DNA of 64,000 nucleotides from Gammaproteobacteria bacterium (GTDB lineage Bacteria; Pseudomonadota; Gammaproteobacteria; JAIEPX01): NCBI GenBank assembly GCA_019748175.1, contig JAIEPX010000012.1, positions 132,413 to 196,412 of the forward strand, read 5' to 3'. Shown piece by piece: positions 59,711 to 64,000 of this stretch (position 1 is its first letter; each line of letters starts with the position of its first letter). The notes under the pieces were generated by a model. It saw only the letters and a program-made list of their open reading frames with translations, ran no database searches and was not told where the DNA came from. The position numbers and the translations under genes were made by a program.

Positions 59711-60254
59711 GATTTTTTCTCAATAATGTTATCCGAGGAACGATTTCTTGCGACCATACGCGCTCATTAACTGGACCCGATATCTTATAGCGAATAATGC
59801 CATCGGCATCGATCAAAAAAGTTTCAGGTGTGCCGTAAACACCTAAATCCATGGCCAAACGCCCAGAATCATCTTCAATAATTTTTTTATACGGGTTTTG
59901 ATGCGCTTTTAACCATGCCTGAGCTGAATACTGTGCATCTTTATAGAGCAATCCATATACCGGAATTTTTTCATTTCTTGCGATATCGACCCAAAATGGA
60001 TGTTCACTTTTACAGGTACTACACCACGTTGCCCATACGTGTAAAATAGAGAGCTGTCCTTTAAACAAAGATTTGTTTATTTTTTCAGAAGAATTTTCTA
60101 ACGATGGCAAAGAAAATTCGGGCATAGCTTGATTAATCAGAGCCGAAGGTATTTTTCGAGGATCAGCACCGAGACCTTTCCAAAAAAACAGTACTAATAT
60201 CATAAACACTAACAATGGTATTGCGAAACGAGTGATTCTGAATAAGGTGATCAT
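59703..60254 (-). CDS. ccmG: Thiol:disulfide interchange protein CcmG (DsbE).
   Basis: WATWCSTCKSEHP is the thioredoxin-fold CxxC motif. The ORF-track start at 60374 is spurious. The ATG at 60254 (MITLFRI..) follows GAGGAA and overlaps the ccmF TGA (ATGA). Confidence 0.88.
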   Translation of the reverse strand: MITLFRITRFAIPLLVFMILVLFFWKGLGADPRKIPSALINQAMPEFSLPSLENSSEKINKSLFKGQLSILHVWATWCSTCKSEHPFWVDIARNEKIPVYGLLYKDAQYSAQAWLKAHQNPYKKIIEDDSGRLAMDLGVYGTPETFLIDADGIIRYKISGPVNERVWSQEIVPRITLLRKNRD

Positions 60255-62182
60255 TGTGGTTTCCTCAAAACACGTGCGCGAGCATACGCTGCAAAAAGCC
60301 CACCCAACATCATCATGGCCCCACCCGCCCAAATCCATCGAACAAAAGGTTTCACATAAAATCGGAATGACCAACTCTCTTTATCTAAAGGTCGTCCCAA
60401 AACAACGTAAATATCACGCCAGAAAGTTGCGCAAATGGCGCTTTTGGGTTGAGCATTATCCTGCACAGGGTAATAACGAACTTCCGGTTTTAAACTAATG
60501 ATTTTTTTATCTAACTGTTTTATTGTGATATTTCCCTGAGTCGCTTCAAAATTGGGACCGGAATATTGCTGAATGCTATCAAAAATAAATTGGTATCCGC
60601 TCAGCGTCGTATTTTCTTTTTCTTTCAAACGCACTTCTCTCTGCTCACCATAGGCTGTACTTAAAATAATGCCAAGCACTGTCACGGCAACTCCCAGATG
60701 AGCCAATGTCATACCTAAATAACCGGGCGTTAATTTACGTATAGTTCGACCACCTATTGCATTACGGACACTCCAACCTTGTAGAGTCGCCAACATTATC
60801 CACAGCGCCGCACTCACTCCAATGACCACTGTCAATGACCACTGTCCAGTTATCAACTTGGGTAATAAAATACCGAGTGAAAGCGATAGTAAAAATGTCC
60901 AGCGCAAACGTTTCCACAGCAGATTCATGTCATTTTGTTGCCAATGAAAAAGAGGCCCAATTCCAACGAGAAAAAGAAGTGGTATCAACATTGGCCATAA
61001 AACAGTATTAAAATACGGAGGACCAACGGATAATTTTCCTAAACCCAACGCATCAATGATGAGTGGATAAACGGTTCCTAATAACACTGTCAGGACGATT
61101 GAAGTGAGTAAAATATTGCCTGACAAAATTAAGGTTTCACGTGACCATAAGGTAAAAGTCCCTTCATTTCGAATCGCTTGCCCGCGCCATGCATACAATA
61201 ATAATGAGCCTCCAATGACGACTGCTAAAAATAATAAAATAAAACTTCCACGTGCACTATCAACGGCAAACGCATGAACAGAAATCAAAACACCTGACCG
61301 CACTAAAAATGTTCCAATTAAACTGAAAGAAAATGCAGCAATTGCTAACAACGCCGTCCACGCTTTAAACGTATTTCGTCGTGCTGACACCATCAAAGAA
61401 TGAATTAAGGCTGTTCCAGCGATCCACGGCATGATCGAAGCATTTTCGACGGGATCCCAAAACCAAAAGCCACCCCACCCTAATACTCGATAGGCCCACG
61501 CACTGCCTAAAGTGACGCCTATTGTTAAAAAACTCCAGGCTAATAATGTCCACGGTCTAGTCCACGCTGCCCAATCCGCATCAAGTCCTCCACGCCACAA
61601 TGCTGCAATGGAAAACGCGAATGCGACTGAAAATCCCACATAACCTAAATACAATAGTGGAGGATGAGAAACTAAACCCGGATCTTGTAATAATGAATTA
61701 AGATCACGACCATCCGTGGGGGGAATCGGTAATAGACGCTCAAATGGATTTGATGTCATTAATATCAGCAAATAAAACCCAATGGCCACTAAAGCTAAAA
61801 CAATTAATACACGCGCTAAAAAATCGAGAGGCAATGATCGACTAAAAAATGCTACTGCGGCTGTCCATGCACCTAATAACGTTACCCACAATAATAAAGA
61901 ACCTTCGTGACTGCCCCACACTGCACAAAATTGATAAATGTGTGGCAATTTACTGTTTGAATTCTGCGCAACATAAGCGACACTAAAATCATTGAGTAAA
62001 AAACTAGTCGCTAATGTTGCAAAACTGATTACAACAAATAAACATTGAGCATAGGCCGTTCGACGAGCAACGCTCAATAAATCTTCACGCTGAAAAATCA
62101 GCCCCGAACCCGGTACAACTACTTGGATAATTGCCACAACCAAAGCCAGAATAAGTGAAAAATGTCCGATTTCTGGAATCAT
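60251..62182 (-). CDS. ccmF: Cytochrome c-type biogenesis heme lyase subunit CcmF.
   Basis: The protein is 643 aa and polytopic. The WWD-like region is WGGFWFWDPVEN and the conserved His residues are present. Confidence 0.95.
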   Translation of the reverse strand: MIPEIGHFSLILALVVAIIQVVVPGSGLIFQREDLLSVARRTAYAQCLFVVISFATLATSFLLNDFSVAYVAQNSNSKLPHIYQFCAVWGSHEGSLLLWVTLLGAWTAAVAFFSRSLPLDFLARVLIVLALVAIGFYLLILMTSNPFERLLPIPPTDGRDLNSLLQDPGLVSHPPLLYLGYVGFSVAFAFSIAALWRGGLDADWAAWTRPWTLLAWSFLTIGVTLGSAWAYRVLGWGGFWFWDPVENASIMPWIAGTALIHSLMVSARRNTFKAWTALLAIAAFSFSLIGTFLVRSGVLISVHAFAVDSARGSFILLFLAVVIGGSLLLYAWRGQAIRNEGTFTLWSRETLILSGNILLTSIVLTVLLGTVYPLIIDALGLGKLSVGPPYFNTVLWPMLIPLLFLVGIGPLFHWQQNDMNLLWKRLRWTFLLSLSLGILLPKLITGQWSLTVVIGVSAALWIMLATLQGWSVRNAIGGRTIRKLTPGYLGMTLAHLGVAVTVLGIILSTAYGEQREVRLKEKENTTLSGYQFIFDSIQQYSGPNFEATQGNITIKQLDKKIISLKPEVRYYPVQDNAQPKSAICATFWRDIYVVLGRPLDKESWSFRFYVKPFVRWIWAGGAMMMLGGLFAAYARARVLRKPQ

Positions 62183-62604
62183 ATTTTGCCTTCACTCATT
62201 TTTTTAATTGCAGGGGGTCTATAATTTTCATCGTGTTTTGCGAGAACCTGATTAGCAATAAAATCTCCAGAAGCATTCATATGCCCCTGCACCACTAATC
62301 CCTGGCCTTCGCGAAATAACGCAGGCAAAATTCCATCATAATGCACCCAAACTGCTTTAGAATAATCTGTTAATCGAAAATGCACGCCTAATCCTGTTTT
62401 ATCATGACTTACTGTCCCTTTTTCTACCATACCGCCCATCCGAAATTGAGGTAAATTTTGCATTGCGACAGGATCAACTTGACTGGGTGTAAAATATAAA
62501 TTGATATTAGATCGTAACGCATACAATACTAATCCTGCTGCCAATGAGAGTCCAAAAAGCATAATTCCCACTGTAATTAGCCGACGTTTACGCTGCGGTT
62601 TCAT
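62179..62604 (-). CDS. ccmE: Heme chaperone CcmE.
   Basis: It has an N-terminal TM segment. The heme-binding region VLAKHDENYRP is the CcmE H-x-x-x-Y motif. Confidence 0.92.
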   Translation of the reverse strand: MKPQRKRRLITVGIMLFGLSLAAGLVLYALRSNINLYFTPSQVDPVAMQNLPQFRMGGMVEKGTVSHDKTGLGVHFRLTDYSKAVWVHYDGILPALFREGQGLVVQGHMNASGDFIANQVLAKHDENYRPPAIKKMSEGKI

Positions 62605-62761
62605 TATTCAAAAAACTCTTTATTAATAATTTTCGCTGTCTTCGCGTTACTAAAACACCTGCTATAAAACTCACGAACAAAGCACCATAAGCGCTCCACA
62701 CGTAAACTCCGTGACCACCCATTGTGAGAAATTCATACCATGATTGAAATGAAGATGACAT
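62588..62761 (-). CDS. ccmD: CcmD (57 aa), missing from the ORF track because it is under 60 aa.
   Basis: The translation MSSSFQSWYEFLTMGGHGVYVWSAYGALFVSFIAGVLVTRRQRKLL... matches the CcmD consensus (F.SW.EF..MGG...VW). GGAG precedes the ATG. The 3' end overlaps the ccmE start. Confidence 0.75.
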   Translation of the reverse strand: MSSSFQSWYEFLTMGGHGVYVWSAYGALFVSFIAGVLVTRRQRKLLIKSFLNNETAA

Positions 62762-62799
62762 TTCTAATACTCCAAAATTATTTTCTTTAACACTACTCT

Positions 62800-63615
62800 T
62801 TAACCTTTAAGTACCTGTCCAACCCAATGAGTGTGACGTTCACGTCTAAGTAATTCATTTCGTACACTCATCAACAATACCGCTGCAAAATACGAACTAA
62901 AAGCAATAATCATTGCTAACAACGGATATAACATGCTAGGTGCGATTGACGGAGATCCCAGTTTTAACAACGTTGATTGTTGATGTAACGTATTCCACCA
63001 ATACACTGAATAATGAATGATCGGTAAATCGATTACACCGACTAATAAAAGAATGCTCGTCGCTTTTGATGCCCGATCTTGATCGGGAATCGCTGAACGT
63101 AAACCTATAACACCAAAATACAGAAAGAGTAAAATTAATTCGGATGTTAAACGCGCGTCCCAAATCCACCACGTACCCCACATGGGTTTACCCCATAGCG
63201 CACCCGTTAGTAATGCTAATGCAGTAAATAATGCACCCAACGGTGCACTCACCGCAGCGATTACATCAGCTAATTTAATCTTCCAAACTAAATAAACCAG
63301 GGCATTCCCTGCCATCAAACAATAAACGCCTAATGACAACATCGCCGCTGGTACATGCACAAACATGATCCTATAGCCGTGACCTTGCTGATAATCCCCT
63401 GGCGCTAACCAGAGGCCATCGAATACTCCGAAAATAAATGCCGCAGCAAAAATTATCCACAGCCAAGGCAGGCAGTATCCACTGATTCGGTAAAACTCTC
63501 GGGGAGACGCTAATTGCTTCAAACTTTTCTCTTCTAAGGCCGTGAAAGCATTGATTTTGCCATAAATTAGCCCTAGAGGTAAGGGGGTAGGGTAAGCAAG
63601 ATGGGGGCGGGTCAA
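62800..63615 (-). CDS. ccmC: Heme exporter protein CcmC.
   Basis: The WWD domain is WGTWWIWDARLTSEL. Collinearity with E. coli CcmC starts at ~residue 30 of this ORF, so the true start may lie downstream of 63615. Confidence 0.88.
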   Translation of the reverse strand: MTRPHLAYPTPLPLGLIYGKINAFTALEEKSLKQLASPREFYRISGYCLPWLWIIFAAAFIFGVFDGLWLAPGDYQQGHGYRIMFVHVPAAMLSLGVYCLMAGNALVYLVWKIKLADVIAAVSAPLGALFTALALLTGALWGKPMWGTWWIWDARLTSELILLFLYFGVIGLRSAIPDQDRASKATSILLLVGVIDLPIIHYSVYWWNTLHQQSTLLKLGSPSIAPSMLYPLLAMIIAFSSYFAAVLLMSVRNELLRRERHTHWVGQVLKG

Positions 63616-63713
63616 AATGAACTTCGAGCCGGTATCAACCTAGATTCTGCAGTTGAGATCGTAGCGAGAGGTCCTAAGGTGCAGAACCTAGGTTCAATGT
63701 TAGACCGGACCCC

Positions 63714-63750
63714 ATAAAAAAGGGGCTCCGTCGAGCAGATCGGAGCCCCT
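63714..63750 (-). terminator. Rho-independent terminator for the minus-strand DUF378 gene.
   Basis: On the minus strand the 10-bp GC-rich stem AGGGGCTCCG-10nt-CGGAGCCCCT is followed by TTTTTTAT. Confidence 0.6.
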
Positions 63751-63813
63751 CCAGCATTTCCATACTCTGTTAATCGTCTTTCCTTATACACTCCCTATAT
63801 CTCATAATGAAAC

Positions 63814-64000
63814 TCATTCCGTGTGTTTCATAAAGAACTTCTGAACGATCAAAACAACTGCAGCCACGCCCACGGCAATGTAGACTCCTTTCGTAATCAT
63901 GCCGGCTCCAAATAAAACCTCGACGAGATTATATTGAAAAGCCCCGACAAGACCCCAATTAAGGGCACCTACAACTACCAAGACCACCGCAATCGTATTG
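63814..64000 (-). CDS. Partial CDS for the C-terminal part of a DUF378-family small membrane protein. The gene starts beyond the right edge of the window.
   Basis: The translation ...VGALNWGLVGAFQYNLVEVLFGAGMITKGVYIAVGVAAVVLIVQKFFMKHTE* contains the conserved NWGL and VYxxVG blocks. The stop is at 63814-63816. Confidence 0.55.
   Translation of the reverse strand, partial: NTIAVVLVVVGALNWGLVGAFQYNLVEVLFGAGMITKGVYIAVGVAAVVLIVQKFFMKHTE

Noticed and set aside
63640-63712. tRNA-like 3' fragment (AGGTTCAATGTTAGACCGGACCCCA) near the ccmC promoter region, which would mark an integration site.
   Set aside because: A cloverleaf could not be built: the T-stem pairing fails, there is no acceptor/CCA geometry, and no matching 5' half was found. 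It is more likely an imperfect palindrome.
1-64000. CRISPR arrays, rRNA/tRNA genes, IS transposases and integrases.
   Set aside because: No regularly spaced direct repeats were seen. No tRNA cloverleafs or rRNA-conserved blocks were found. No ORF had transposase (DDE), integrase or recombinase motifs. The only mobile-like features are the non-coding MITE-like palindromes and the 183-bp direct repeats.

Overview
This 64-kb window looks like chromosome from a low-GC, Legionella-like gammaproteobacterium. Gene content and synteny give this placement; no database search was possible. A conserved housekeeping backbone (alaS-recX-recA, mutS, rluB-scpB-scpA, yciO, yciB-bolA, dapA/gcvR-bcp, ribD-ribE-ribBA-ribH, ccmCDEFGH-ccmI) is interrupted by several accessory segments. 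The most striking is at 43-12975: a PAS hybrid sensor kinase and a divergently transcribed 3314-aa NRPS. The NRPS has a formyltransferase-like N-terminus and the domain order F-A-T-E-C-A-T-TE plus a degenerate C-terminal A-domain stub. The whole block is bracketed by ~183-bp imperfect direct repeats. Each repeat carries the promoter region and signal-peptide-encoding 5' end of a minus-strand secreted-protein gene, and the right-hand copy is a 37-codon remnant fused to the NRPS stop codon. Other accessory content includes eukaryote-like, effector-like genes (a 1007-aa ankyrin-repeat protein with a polybasic NLS-like tract, a 736-aa coiled-coil protein and an 814-aa Sel1-like protein). It also includes a paralogous pair of unknown proteins, PrlF-YhaV and AbiEi-AbiEii toxin-antitoxin pairs, a standalone SIR2-like (SIR2_2) protein in a small defense island, and a family of MITE-like palindromic elements. 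No rRNA, tRNA, CRISPR array or transposase gene was found. Several ORF-track starts appear too long; they use upstream TTG/ATG codons, and better RBS-supported starts are given where visible.
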